Assembly: GCA_000990355.1 (NCBI GenBank)
Contig: LBSX01000004.1
Location: 1,757 to 65,756, forward strand
DNA length: 64,000 bases
Direction: 5' to 3'
Source of the DNA: Candidatus Magasanikbacteria bacterium GW2011_GWC2_37_14
GTDB lineage: Bacteria; Patescibacteriota; Patescibacteriia; Magasanikbacterales; UBA922
Each line of letters starts with the position of its first letter. Within the stretch, counting starts at the first letter, position 1. The position numbers and the translations under genes are program-made. The notes below the pieces were generated by a model. That model saw only the letters and a program-made list of their open reading frames with translations. It had not been told where the DNA came from and did no database searches. This document shows, piece by piece, positions 37,111-47,566 of this stretch.

Positions 37111-38533
37111 TCCACCATTTAATATTGCCAAAGAAAACTACGACAGTTCATTATCTGTTGGTCTTTTGAGTATTGCTTCATATTTGGATAGCAAAGGAAT
37201 AGATGTAAAAATAGTTGATGGTGTTAGAGAAGCAGACTACCGAGAAAAAATAATCAAAGAAGCTAAAAATTGTAGTTATGCGGGAATTTCGTTAATGACT
37301 ACCCAGCTTTCCGAAGCTTTAAAAATTTCTCAGTTAATTAAAACCACTAATAAAAATTGTCAGATTGTTTGGGGCGGTCCACATCCTACTTTTTTTATGG
37401 AACAATGCGCCCTATCACCATTGGTAGACGTAGTTTGTGTGGGGGAGGGTGAGGAATCTTTTTACGAAGTAGTTAGCGGTCAGGAATTATCTCAAATTCG
37501 GGGAATTTTATTTAGAAAAGAAGATAAGTTGAGAGGTAATCCTAATCGCCCTTTGCACAATCCAGCCCAAATGCCCTTGTTTAATTGGGATTTAATTGAT
37601 AACCAAGTTCTCAAAGAATTATCTTTTATTCCTTCTTTAACTTCGCGTGGTTGTCCGCATATTTGTACTTTTTGTATCAATGCTATTTTAAAATTAAGTT
37701 GGCGGCCAAGAACAGCGGAACAGGTAATTGAGGATTTAAAAATAATAAAAAGTAAAGAATATTTTAAAGATAAAAAATTGCGGTTTTGGGATGAAAATTT
37801 TTTTGTTAACATCGAGAGAGCCAAAAAAATTATTAATGGCATGTTAGAAAATAATTTAATTTTTCCTTGGGAAACAACCGTGCGTGCCAACTATCTTAAA
37901 GAGGGCATGGTTGATGATGAATTTTTAGAAAAATTAAAACAATCTGGTTGTTATCTTTTGGCCTTTGGTGCCGAATCCGGCTGTCCTAGGATTTTGAAAA
38001 AAATAAAAAAGAATATCAATCCTGAGGACATAATTAATTCTGCCAAAATGTGTCTTAAACATGGGATTATTCCCCAGTATTCTTTTATGATCGGTTTGCC
38101 TGGAGAAGAAAAGCACGAGATGATGGAGACTTTAAAAGTTATTGACCAGCTTTTAAAATTAAGTGATAAAGTAGAGATTTTGGGGCCCCAAGCATTTCGT
38201 CCTTATCCTGGTTCAGAATTGTATGACGAATGTGTGGCCGCTGGTTGGCGGGCGCCACAAACTTTGGATGAATGGGTTCATTTGGTTGAAAATGAATTAA
38301 ATTATTTAACCGTACAGAATTTCCCTTGGGTAAAAGAAAAAGATTTTGTGGAATCAATGGAAGCTTATGTGCGTTTTGGTGCTCATACTGTTAAAAATGC
38401 CATGGCTTCTAGTATCAAGGCTCCTAAACTTCTAAAATTAGGTTTTGTTTTACTCTGTAAATTACGTTGGAAATTAAAGTTTTTTTATTTTCCAATTGAA
38501 TTTAAAATAGCTAAAAAGTTTGTCACCAAATAA
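37088..38533 (+). CDS. Cobalamin-binding radical SAM protein
   Basis: B12 domain (IVWGGPHPT, GEGE); SRGCPHICTFC; GAESG, MIGLPGE. Confidence 0.92.
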   Translation: MSKVLLINPPFNIAKENYDSSLSVGLLSIASYLDSKGIDVKIVDGVREADYREKIIKEAKNCSYAGISLMTTQLSEALKISQLIKTTNKNCQIVWGGPHPTFFMEQCALSPLVDVVCVGEGEESFYEVVSGQELSQIRGILFRKEDKLRGNPNRPLHNPAQMPLFNWDLIDNQVLKELSFIPSLTSRGCPHICTFCINAILKLSWRPRTAEQVIEDLKIIKSKEYFKDKKLRFWDENFFVNIERAKKIINGMLENNLIFPWETTVRANYLKEGMVDDEFLEKLKQSGCYLLAFGAESGCPRILKKIKKNINPEDIINSAKMCLKHGIIPQYSFMIGLPGEEKHEMMETLKVIDQLLKLSDKVEILGPQAFRPYPGSELYDECVAAGWRAPQTLDEWVHLVENELNYLTVQNFPWVKEKDFVESMEAYVRFGAHTVKNAMASSIKAPKLLKLGFVLLCKLRWKLKFFYFPIEFKIAKKFVTK

Positions 38534-38535
38534 CT

Positions 38536-39615
38536 ATGAGAATTTTGAGTTTAAGTTTGGATAGAAATTTATTTGATTCTCAATCCGCAGTTGCCGAAAG
38601 AACATTGTCTTATGGCAGTTTAGTAAATTTATACCATGTCATAGTGCAAGACAAGAAAGATAATGTCTTAAATTTGTCAGAACAAGTTATAGTTTTTGGC
38701 AGTGGGGGATCAAACAAAATCTGGCGTTTTTTTAAGATTTACCATTTAGTTTGTGATTTGTCAAAAAAATTTAAATATGATATTATTACGACTCAAGATC
38801 AGTATTATTTGGGCTTTTTAGCCTTAATTTTAAGTAAAAAATTAAGGTTAGGTCTAGAAGTGCAAGTTCATGGTTGGGATAATTTTTGGGGATTAAGGTA
38901 TTTATTGGCTAGAATTGTCTTGCCTCGAGCTAAAACTATTAGAACTGTAGGTGAAAGATCAAGTAAAAAATTAGTTGGTTTGGGAATTTCAAATCAAAAA
39001 ATAGTAGTTGTGCCAATATTTACAGATTATCTAAATTTTTTAGTTGCTAACAAGCAAAAAAGTAATAGCGAAAAATTTGTTTTTTTAACAGTTGGTCGTT
39101 TGGTAAAAGTAAAAAATATTCAGCAACAAATTTTGTGTTTTGCCCAGTTGTCTAAACAATTTAGGAATATAGAACTACGAATAGTAGGAGACGGGCCAGA
39201 GAGAAATAAATTAGAAAAAATCGTTGCAAATTTAAATTTAAAAGATAAAATTTTATTTACTGGTTGGTTGAATGGTAATGAATTAAATAGGGAATACGAA
39301 AATGCTAATTGTTTTTTACTTACTTCAAAGAATGAGGGTTGGGGATTGGTAATAGTAGAAGCAGCCAATTATTCTTTGCCAATAATAATGACCGATGTTG
39401 GTTGTGCTGGCGAATTTATAAAGGATGGGGAAAATGGTTTGGTAATAGAAATAAACAATAATGAATTATTGCTAAAAAAGATGAAAGAAATTTTAGAAAA
39501 CAAAGATTTAGCCTTTAAATTGGGGCAAGCTGCCCAACATTCGGTAGTAACGATGCCTAGTAAAGAAGAAACTTTAGCTTTATATAAAAAATCTTGGGTC
39601 CGGGCTTTAAAATAA
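38536..39615 (+). CDS. GT4 glycosyltransferase
   Basis: VGRLVKVKN, TSKNEGWGLVIVEA. Confidence 0.9.
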   Translation: MRILSLSLDRNLFDSQSAVAERTLSYGSLVNLYHVIVQDKKDNVLNLSEQVIVFGSGGSNKIWRFFKIYHLVCDLSKKFKYDIITTQDQYYLGFLALILSKKLRLGLEVQVHGWDNFWGLRYLLARIVLPRAKTIRTVGERSSKKLVGLGISNQKIVVVPIFTDYLNFLVANKQKSNSEKFVFLTVGRLVKVKNIQQQILCFAQLSKQFRNIELRIVGDGPERNKLEKIVANLNLKDKILFTGWLNGNELNREYENANCFLLTSKNEGWGLVIVEAANYSLPIIMTDVGCAGEFIKDGENGLVIEINNNELLLKKMKEILENKDLAFKLGQAAQHSVVTMPSKEETLALYKKSWVRALK

Positions 39616-39617
39616 TT

Positions 39618-42038
39618 ATGTTAGTTAAATATAGTAAAAAAATATATTTAAGCGTAATTTTAATAGTAATTGCAGTTTTTGGTTGTTTGTTAGTTTTTTT
39701 AAATTCTTTGCCAATGACAGCCAAGGCCAAAGTGCTTAATACTTTTCCTCTATTATATAGAGCTTCGGAATTAACAAAATTTTTTGACTTTTTTTATTTA
39801 CCAATGACTATTGGGGAGTCTAAGACCGAAAAATGGAATTTGATTATAAAACAAAAAAATTTGGATCAATTAGACTCAAGTTTGCCAAAAGATTTTTTAC
39901 ACGAACAACCGGGGTCTGGTTTTAAAGATGAAGTAAAAGCCAAATTGTATATTGGCAATGAAGAATATGATGTAAATGTACGCTATCGCGGGGCCACCCC
40001 ATCTCATTGGGCTTGGGCCAAAAAATCTTGGTCAATTAATTTTGATAAAGATAAATCATATAAGGGTATAGACAAGATTAATTTAATTGAGCCAAAAGAT
40101 CGGCATTTCTTTATTGAAGCTCTCAATAATTATCGTGCCAAAAAATTAGGTTTAGTGGTGCCACATTATGATTTTATTAATTTATCTATTAATGGGCAGA
40201 ATCAGTCATTTTATTATTTATCCGAACAGCTTTCTGCTACCATGTTGGCAAAAAACAATAAACCCGACTCTTCAAATATCTATGGTGATTCAACCGAAGA
40301 TAACTATCTTTATCAAGATCCAGCTGTTTGGAAGAAGTTGAGTGGAGGAGAAACAGATGATCGGTCGGATCTAAGTGCTTATTTAACTTTTTTTCAAAAT
40401 AAAGATCGAGATTCTTTGTTGAATTTAACTTCCAGAAATAATCTTATTTCTTGGTCAGCTTTAAATTTATTGGCCGGTTCTCGGCATCAAAATAATGGTA
40501 ATAATGTTAAAATATTTTTTAATAATTCTGTTGGTCGGTTTGAATGGATTCCCGATGATGTGGCTTTGTTTGAATTAACTGGTGATATTAATCAGACTGA
40601 TAATGATTTAATTGATTATATTTTTACAGATAATTCTTTAAGACAACAAAGGGATGACTTGCTTAAGAATTATTTAAATAATGAAGATAATCTAAAAGAT
40701 GATTTAAATTATTTGGCTGGTTTGTATAAACAATACAAAGCAGATGTTTATTCCGACAATTTTAAGAGATATGGCAATGTAATGTTTAGTTTGGAGTATT
40801 GGAACTATCGCGATATGTTGGAAGATAATGTGGAGAAGCTAAAAGAAATTTTAACAAAAACTACCTATGAAAAAGAAACTGTTCAAGGTCCGGTAGCATC
40901 TCTAGATGATAAGTATGTAAAAAATAATCAGATTCTAAATCATTTTTTTGAAATTACTGATGTAGAAAAATTTAAAAATCAAAACAAAATGTTTCTGGTA
41001 AACGAAAAGAATAAAGAGATTATTTTACCAGCTGGATTGTATAGCTTTTATAGTACTGTTGTTATACCCAAAGGTTTTACTTTAAAAATAAATGCTGGGG
41101 TGACGGTTTTAATGTCTCCGGGGGTTTCTTTAGTAAGTTATAGTCGGGTAATAGCAGAGGGAAGTATTTCCGCACCAATAGCTTTCAAGAGACTGAATTC
41201 TTTAAAGCCCTGGGGAAGTTTCGCTGTTTTGGTAGAAGGGGGAGCAAATAGTTTGTTTGATTATTGTGATTTTTCTGGTGGTAAAGATGACACTATTAAT
41301 GGTGCTTTTGTTTCGGGAATGTTGAATATTTATTCATCGGGGGCAGAAATAAAAAATTGTTCATTTAGTAATGCCACTGGAGATGATTCTTTAAATATCA
41401 AAAATGGTTATGGTTATTTGGAGAATAATATTTTTAAAAACAATATCTCTGATGCTATAGATTTTGATTGGGGGACTGGTGCAGTGCTGAGTAATAAATT
41501 TTATGGTAATGGCAATGATGCTATAGATTTGGGAGGCTGTAATGGAGTGTTAGTCAAGGATAATTTGGTATTTAATTCTGGTGATAAATGTGTTAGTATT
41601 GGTGAAGAATCATTAAATATTAAATTGTTTAATAATTTGTTTTCCCATTGCAATATTGGCGTAGCGGTAAAGGATAAATCTGTTGCCCAGGCAGCCAATA
41701 ATATTTTTTGTGCTAACAAAACCGGGATTGCCGCCTATATGAAAAAGGATATCTTTGGCGGATCAGAATTTGAAGTTTATAATTCAATAATTTGGGGTGG
41801 AGAAAAAATGGTGGATATTGATGAACTTTCCAAAGTTAAAATTTTGTACAGTGACGTGGCTGGCGGTTATAGTGGAAAGGGGAACATTACCACAGATCCA
41901 AAATTGGATGTCAGTTGTCATGTTTTGTCAACCGACAGTAATTTTTCAACAGGTGGTGAAGTAAAATATTTAGAAAATTTTGATATTTTAAAAGTCGATA
42001 AAACTCCGATTGGTTTGTTTAATCCTGCTATTTATTAA
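39618..42038 (+). CDS. CotH kinase-family protein with C-terminal beta-helix
   Basis: N-terminal TM; VRYRG, KKSWSINF, LSINGQ..YYLSEQ, NNVKIF..FEWIPDD; repeats DDSLNI, DAIDFD, DAIDLG, DKCVSIG. Confidence 0.8.
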   Translation: MLVKYSKKIYLSVILIVIAVFGCLLVFLNSLPMTAKAKVLNTFPLLYRASELTKFFDFFYLPMTIGESKTEKWNLIIKQKNLDQLDSSLPKDFLHEQPGSGFKDEVKAKLYIGNEEYDVNVRYRGATPSHWAWAKKSWSINFDKDKSYKGIDKINLIEPKDRHFFIEALNNYRAKKLGLVVPHYDFINLSINGQNQSFYYLSEQLSATMLAKNNKPDSSNIYGDSTEDNYLYQDPAVWKKLSGGETDDRSDLSAYLTFFQNKDRDSLLNLTSRNNLISWSALNLLAGSRHQNNGNNVKIFFNNSVGRFEWIPDDVALFELTGDINQTDNDLIDYIFTDNSLRQQRDDLLKNYLNNEDNLKDDLNYLAGLYKQYKADVYSDNFKRYGNVMFSLEYWNYRDMLEDNVEKLKEILTKTTYEKETVQGPVASLDDKYVKNNQILNHFFEITDVEKFKNQNKMFLVNEKNKEIILPAGLYSFYSTVVIPKGFTLKINAGVTVLMSPGVSLVSYSRVIAEGSISAPIAFKRLNSLKPWGSFAVLVEGGANSLFDYCDFSGGKDDTINGAFVSGMLNIYSSGAEIKNCSFSNATGDDSLNIKNGYGYLENNIFKNNISDAIDFDWGTGAVLSNKFYGNGNDAIDLGGCNGVLVKDNLVFNSGDKCVSIGEESLNIKLFNNLFSHCNIGVAVKDKSVAQAANNIFCANKTGIAAYMKKDIFGGSEFEVYNSIIWGGEKMVDIDELSKVKILYSDVAGGYSGKGNITTDPKLDVSCHVLSTDSNFSTGGEVKYLENFDILKVDKTPIGLFNPAIY

Positions 42039-42044
42039 AGATCT

Positions 42045-42860
42045 ATGGGTTATAATGTTCATTTTCAAAGGTTTGAATTTAAATATATTATTACTTTGGC
42101 TCAAGAGAAGGAAATTATGGAACGAATTGGTAAGTATTTGTGTCCTGACAGTTATGTTAAAGAATCCAAAACTGGCTATGAAGTTAGAAGTCTGTATTAT
42201 GATAGCCCACAGTTTTTTTATTATGACGAAAAAAATGATGGCGTTGGTTTAAGAAAAAAGATACGTTTGCGTTGTTATGGAGTTGATGAAGAATCAAGAA
42301 ACAATGTTTTTTTTGAAATTAAACGTAAGAATGATGCCGTAGTAATTAAAGATAGATTTTTGCTTTCTCGAGATGAATACAACAAATTGATCAGTTTTGA
42401 CGATTTATTGTTTGAAGAATTAAAAAAAGATTCTCATAGGGCCAATGTTATTGAGGAGTTTAGGTGTGAGAGGGGTTTACGTAGTATTGCCCCCAAGGTT
42501 TTAGTGGTGTATGATAGAATTCCTTTTTTGGATAGATACAACCCTTCTTTTAGAATTACCTTTGATAAGAATATAAGAGCTGCCAAGACTGATGATTTAT
42601 TTTGTGATAATAAGGATTTGTTGGATGTTTTTCCCGATGGGGTAGTTATGGAAATAAAATTTAATGGTACGATGCCATTTTATATAAGGGGAATAATAGA
42701 ATTTTTTGATTTACAGCGAACTTCTTTTTCCAAATATTGTACAGCTGTGGATACTTGTGGTGCCAATTCAGCTTTTATCTTTCCTTATCAAAATAGATTA
42801 AATAACAATTTAAATTTTTATTCATTTAACCAATCTTTCTATGACGGATTTAATTCTTAG
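42045..42860 (+). CDS. VTC-domain (polyphosphate polymerase / CYTH-fold) protein
   Basis: RFEFKY, VRSLYYDSP, RKKIRLRCY, FFEIKRK, RITFD, MEIKF, FSKY. Confidence 0.9.
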   Translation: MGYNVHFQRFEFKYIITLAQEKEIMERIGKYLCPDSYVKESKTGYEVRSLYYDSPQFFYYDEKNDGVGLRKKIRLRCYGVDEESRNNVFFEIKRKNDAVVIKDRFLLSRDEYNKLISFDDLLFEELKKDSHRANVIEEFRCERGLRSIAPKVLVVYDRIPFLDRYNPSFRITFDKNIRAAKTDDLFCDNKDLLDVFPDGVVMEIKFNGTMPFYIRGIIEFFDLQRTSFSKYCTAVDTCGANSAFIFPYQNRLNNNLNFYSFNQSFYDGFNS

Positions 42861-43515
42861 TGGGGGGAGTCAGGTGACCTTGTATGCAGTAATATTGAAT
42901 TTGTTACTGACTTTTGTTTTGGTGTCCTTTGTTTGTTTTCTTTACAAAAAAACGCATAGTGGGGTTTCTTATTCTCAAACTTTTGTCTTTACTTTAATAA
43001 TTGTTGGTATTGTGGGAGCAATGGTGATGATGGTGGTTGGTAGTAATATTGCTACAGCTTTTGGACTTTTAGGGGCTTTTTCAATTATTAGATTTCGGAC
43101 ACCAATGAAAGATAGTAAAGATGCTGGTTACATATTTTTTGTTTTGGCAGTGGGAGTAGCCATTGGTACTAGTAATTATGCTATTGGTGTTATTGGTACT
43201 TTTTTGTTATCGGCGATAATTTGGTTTTTACATAGAATTAATTTTGGTTCTATAAAAAAATATGATTATTTATTGGTTTTTACCAGTACTAACGGCAGTT
43301 CTTCCAACAAATATGAAAGTATACTTAAGAAATATTTAAAATCTAGTTTGTTATTGAATATTTCGTCTAAAAAAGATGGTGAAGAAAGTGAAATTACTTA
43401 TCATATTACTTTCTTGGACAAAAATACCCCAGATAGCTTTATGCAAGAAATGTCTCATGCCGAAGGAGTCAAGAACGTGCATTTAGTTACTTCTTGGGAT
43501 AATGTGGAATACTAA
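42841..43515 (+). CDS. DUF4956 membrane protein
   Basis: NIATAFGLLGAFSIIRFRTPMKD..YIFFVLAVGVAIG. Confidence 0.88.
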   Translation: MTDLILSGGSQVTLYAVILNLLLTFVLVSFVCFLYKKTHSGVSYSQTFVFTLIIVGIVGAMVMMVVGSNIATAFGLLGAFSIIRFRTPMKDSKDAGYIFFVLAVGVAIGTSNYAIGVIGTFLLSAIIWFLHRINFGSIKKYDYLLVFTSTNGSSSNKYESILKKYLKSSLLLNISSKKDGEESEITYHITFLDKNTPDSFMQEMSHAEGVKNVHLVTSWDNVEY

Positions 43516-43530
43516 TTTAACCCCAAAACA

Positions 43531-44148
43531 ATGTCATTATTAAAACCCAGTTTATTTTTCATTCTTCTTAAAAGATTACAAAAAAAGAGTTTTTTGTATG
43601 AATTTTATTTTAAAAATAAGCAGACTCTTGATATTGGTTGTGGGGAAGGTGAATTTCTTAATAATGACCCAGAGAATATCTATGGGGTAGATCTTAACAA
43701 GACAGCTATCGGGAGACTTTTGAACAAAGGCTGTAAAGTGAAGCTGGGGGATATAACCAAACTGGATTACGAAAGTAATTATTTTGAGGCAGTTCATTGT
43801 TCCAATGTTATTGAACACCTGAATGTGGAGGAGGCACTACAAATGATAAAAGAAGGAGCTAGGGTCTTAAAAAAGGCCGGTATTTTTGTCTTGGCCTCAG
43901 AAATGCCCACTCGTTTTTTTTTGGACACCTTTGGACATATTAAGCCCTATCCGCCAAAGGCCATAAAAAAATTACTTCGGGAAAATAGTTATGAAGCTTT
44001 TGAAGGAGTAGATAATCTGGAGTATCTAACTGAATTTTATATTGGTAATTATCATAAAAATCCAATTTTGTATGCATGTTCTTTTATTTTAGGTTTTTAC
44101 CTGCCATTTTTTAGGAGAGAGTATTTTGTGATTTTAAGAAAAAAATAA
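43531..44148 (+). CDS. Class I SAM methyltransferase
   Basis: LDIGCGEG, YGVD, SNVIEHL, RVLKKAG. Confidence 0.9.
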   Translation: MSLLKPSLFFILLKRLQKKSFLYEFYFKNKQTLDIGCGEGEFLNNDPENIYGVDLNKTAIGRLLNKGCKVKLGDITKLDYESNYFEAVHCSNVIEHLNVEEALQMIKEGARVLKKAGIFVLASEMPTRFFLDTFGHIKPYPPKAIKKLLRENSYEAFEGVDNLEYLTEFYIGNYHKNPILYACSFILGFYLPFFRREYFVILRKK

Positions 44149-44169
44149 TTATTTTTTAGTTGGTTGGAT

Positions 44170-45252
44170 ATGAATTTACTGTTAATTACTCAGAAAATTG
44201 ATAAAGATGATCCAATTTTAGGTTTTTTTCATCGTTGGGTTGAAGAATTTGCCAAACATTGTAAAAAAATAACGGTGATTTGTTTACAAAAAGGCGAATA
44301 TAACTTACCAGATAATGTAAAAGTGTTAAGTCTTGGTAAACCAGCCCAAGGCTGGCCAGCCTTGGGCTGGGAAAAGTATTTGGGAAAATTGAAAGCGTTG
44401 GTAAATTTTTACAAATACATCTGGCAGGAACGAAAAAATTATGATTCAGTATTTGTGCACATGAATCATTTTTACGTTATTTTAGGTGGTTTGTTGTGGA
44501 AATTGTTGGGAAAAAAAGTTGGCTTGTGGTATGCTCATGGGCATGTACCACCAACGTTAAAATTGGTAGAAAAACTTTCTAATATTATTTTCACCTCTAC
44601 AGTTAGTGGTTTTCGTTTACCAAGTAACAAATTAAAAGTAATTGGCCAAGGCATAGATACTGATTTTTTTATTCCCAATTATAATTTAACAAAACAGAAT
44701 AATGATCTTATTTTAATTAGTGTTGGACGAATTAGCGTAATAAAAAATTATGAAACTATTGTTGAAGCACTTGATGTATTATACAATAAGCAAGGAATAA
44801 CCAAACTTAAGTTGATTTTGGTAGGTGAGGCTAGTGTGGGTGCCGAAGACTATGAAAGAAAAATTAGAGAATTTATTGTAAATAAAAATTTATCAGTCGT
44901 AGTTGATTTTGTTGGTGCTTTGCCCAATTACCAAATAGTTGAATATTTGCAAAAAGCGGATTTATTTTTAAACTCTAGTCTTACTGGTAGTTTGGATAAG
45001 GCGATGGTAGAAGCCATGGCTTGTGCTTTGCCAGTTTTAACCTGTAACGAGTCAATGCAGGAAGTATTAGGTGGTTATCAAGATTTGTTAATGTTCCCCA
45101 AAAAAGACAGTCAAAAATTAGCATCTTTGATAAGTTCTTTTTTAAACAAAAGTTTGGAAGAAAGAATTGAACTTGGTTTGGCGTTGAGACAGCTAGTTGT
45201 AGAAAAACATAATTTAAAAGATTTTATTGTTAAAATTTTATCTCAATACTAA
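44170..45252 (+). CDS. GT4 glycosyltransferase with 30-bp in-frame insert
   Basis: GFFHRWVEEFA, GQGIDT, VGRISVIKN, GSLDKAMVEAMA. Confidence 0.9.
   Translation: MNLLLITQKIDKDDPILGFFHRWVEEFAKHCKKITVICLQKGEYNLPDNVKVLSLGKPAQGWPALGWEKYLGKLKALVNFYKYIWQERKNYDSVFVHMNHFYVILGGLLWKLLGKKVGLWYAHGHVPPTLKLVEKLSNIIFTSTVSGFRLPSNKLKVIGQGIDTDFFIPNYNLTKQNNDLILISVGRISVIKNYETIVEALDVLYNKQGITKLKLILVGEASVGAEDYERKIREFIVNKNLSVVVDFVGALPNYQIVEYLQKADLFLNSSLTGSLDKAMVEAMACALPVLTCNESMQEVLGGYQDLLMFPKKDSQKLASLISSFLNKSLEERIELGLALRQLVVEKHNLKDFIVKILSQY
44341..44370. repeat. 30-bp double hairpin (family G), in frame
   Basis: CCAGCCCAAGGCTGG CCAGCCTTGGGCTGG = PAQGWPALGW between SLGK and EK. Confidence 0.85.
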
Positions 45253-45266
45253 AATTAAATAATATT

Positions 45267-45893
45267 ATGATGACTCCCTGGCGAGAATTATTTTATAAAA
45301 AATTAAAGGGGCTTAAATTGGAAGGTGAAGTTTTGGATATGGGTGGAGCCGTAGACGCCGATTATCATAATTTGTTTCAAAAAAAAGATGGTACTCATAT
45401 TTATGTTTTAGGATTTGATAAAAATTATGGTTATGACATACAAGCTGATCTAGAAAAAGCAACCACTTTGAATAATAATCAATATGATACAGTCCTTTGT
45501 TTTAATCTTTTGGAACATATCTTTAATTATGAGAATGTTTTACAAGAAAGTTATCGAGTACTTAAAATTAATGGTCAATTTTTGTTAGCTGTGCCCTTTT
45601 TGTTTAATTTACATCCTTGTCCAGCGGATTATTGGCGTTTTTCTGGGGATTGTTTAAGAAAAAATTTGGAAAAAACTGGTTATCGCAATATTGAAGTGAT
45701 AGAAATTTATACGGGTTTATTTGAGACCTTATTTCAAATTGCTTATAATTTTTATGGGTTTAATTTTTTAAGATTTGTTTTTAAAAAGATTGCTATCTTT
45801 TTGGATTTACTACTGGGTTTAATTGGCGGAATCAAGTATAAAAATTTAATTAAAAATTATCCCTTGGGTTATTTGGTAAAAGCATACAAATAA
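45267..45893 (+). CDS. Class I SAM methyltransferase
   Basis: VLDMGG, NLLEHI, RVLKING, HPCPADYWRF. Confidence 0.85.
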   Translation: MMTPWRELFYKKLKGLKLEGEVLDMGGAVDADYHNLFQKKDGTHIYVLGFDKNYGYDIQADLEKATTLNNNQYDTVLCFNLLEHIFNYENVLQESYRVLKINGQFLLAVPFLFNLHPCPADYWRFSGDCLRKNLEKTGYRNIEVIEIYTGLFETLFQIAYNFYGFNFLRFVFKKIAIFLDLLLGLIGGIKYKNLIKNYPLGYLVKAYK

Positions 45894-45895
45894 AT

Positions 45896-47563
45896 ATGGG
45901 AAACAGAAAAGTTTTGGTGGCTATTAACGATTTAAACTTTGGCGGAGCACAAAAATTGGCTGTTGAACAAGCCAATCGTTTGTTTGTTTTGGGTTACAAA
46001 GTATCATTCTTAATTTTTTTTGATAACCGAGAACAGAGTTTTGAAAAAAAAATATTGTCGGGAATTAATATCTATAAAATTAAAAATTCTAAGTTTAATT
46101 TTATAACATTTTTTAGGTGTTTTAAATTCATTTATAAAAATAGATTTGATTTAATTTTTACTCATTTATTCTTTTCTAATACTTTGGTTAGAGCTGTTTC
46201 AATATTTTTGTGGAGAAAACCGTTTATTATTTCCTATGAACACAACGTGTATACTGGACAGAAAAGTTCACTCTCTCTACAAATAGATTACTTTTTATCT
46301 AGTCGTTCTGATTTAATAATTGCCGTCTCTGAGGAGGTTAAAAATTATTTGATTGAGAAAAGGATTAATTCGAAAAAGATATTATTGGTTAACAATGGTA
46401 TTAACTTGTTAGAACCAAAAAATTTAGTTAATTTAAAAAGAAAAGAATTAAATATTAGCAATGATAAATTTATAATTGTTTCGGTTGGCAATGTTGATTA
46501 TCAAAAAGGTCATGATATTTTGGTTGAGGCAGCAAATTTAATTATTAAAAAATTTCCCAATTGTATTTTTTTGGTTTGTGGAAATGATAGTAATAAGGTT
46601 ATGGTGGATAAGATAAAAGCCAAGATAGTTAAATATGGATTAGAGAATGAATTCAAATTACTAGGTAATAGAGCTGATGTAGAAGAAATTGTGGAAGCTG
46701 CTGATATTTTTGTGATGCCTTCTCGATTTGAAGGATTGAGCATTGCTCTGCTTGAAGCCATGTCACTTAAAAAAGCTATTGTCGTATCGGACATAGACAG
46801 TATGAAAAATATTTTGACCAATGGCAATAATGGTATATTTTTTTCTACCGAAGATCCTGTTGATTTAGCAGAAAAAATAATTGGCTTAGTTCCTGATTCT
46901 ATTTTGAGAGAAAAGTTGGGTAGAGTAGCCTATTCAACGGTTCAAAATTATTCAATTGAAAATAATGTTATTAATATAATTAAGGCTGTTGAATCATTAA
47001 AAAAAAGGAAACATTATTTTTTTAATAAGTATAATTTGAATCATCAAAAATCACTTAAGTGGACAGAGAGGTCCAAAGAAGCATTGGAGTTGTTTAAAAA
47101 TATAAATTTTACAAACAAAATTATAAAAATTGCTGACTTGGGTTGTGGTGATAAAAAATTATTTGAATTAATTAATAAACTTAAAAATTTGGAATTTACA
47201 TATAAAGGTTTTGATATAATGCCACAAGCCGATGATGTAGAAAAAATAAATTTGTCTGAAAACGTTATTAATGAAGAGTTTGACGTTGTTTTTTGTCTTG
47301 GATTAATTGAATATTTAAAAAATATTGATTTTTTCTTTGCAAATTTAGTAAAAATATCTAACTATGTTATATTGAGTTGTGTAGTTAGTGATTATGCTGA
47401 TTATAATGAAAAAGTAATTCGTAGAAAAGGTTGGGAAAATTATTTATCTGTTAAACAATTAGAGATGTTAATTAAAAAATACGGTTTTGAGATTATTAAA
47501 AGTAAAATGATTGATAACGGAGTAACTTATCTGTGTATTTTAAAAAAGATAGAAACTAAATAA
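45896..47563 (+). CDS. GT4 glycosyltransferase fused to methyltransferase domain
   Basis: GGAQK, PSRFEGLSIALLEAM; C-terminal IADLGCG, LGLIEYL. Confidence 0.88.
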   Translation: MGNRKVLVAINDLNFGGAQKLAVEQANRLFVLGYKVSFLIFFDNREQSFEKKILSGINIYKIKNSKFNFITFFRCFKFIYKNRFDLIFTHLFFSNTLVRAVSIFLWRKPFIISYEHNVYTGQKSSLSLQIDYFLSSRSDLIIAVSEEVKNYLIEKRINSKKILLVNNGINLLEPKNLVNLKRKELNISNDKFIIVSVGNVDYQKGHDILVEAANLIIKKFPNCIFLVCGNDSNKVMVDKIKAKIVKYGLENEFKLLGNRADVEEIVEAADIFVMPSRFEGLSIALLEAMSLKKAIVVSDIDSMKNILTNGNNGIFFSTEDPVDLAEKIIGLVPDSILREKLGRVAYSTVQNYSIENNVINIIKAVESLKKRKHYFFNKYNLNHQKSLKWTERSKEALELFKNINFTNKIIKIADLGCGDKKLFELINKLKNLEFTYKGFDIMPQADDVEKINLSENVINEEFDVVFCLGLIEYLKNIDFFFANLVKISNYVILSCVVSDYADYNEKVIRRKGWENYLSVKQLEMLIKKYGFEIIKSKMIDNGVTYLCILKKIETK

Positions 47564-47566
47564 AAT

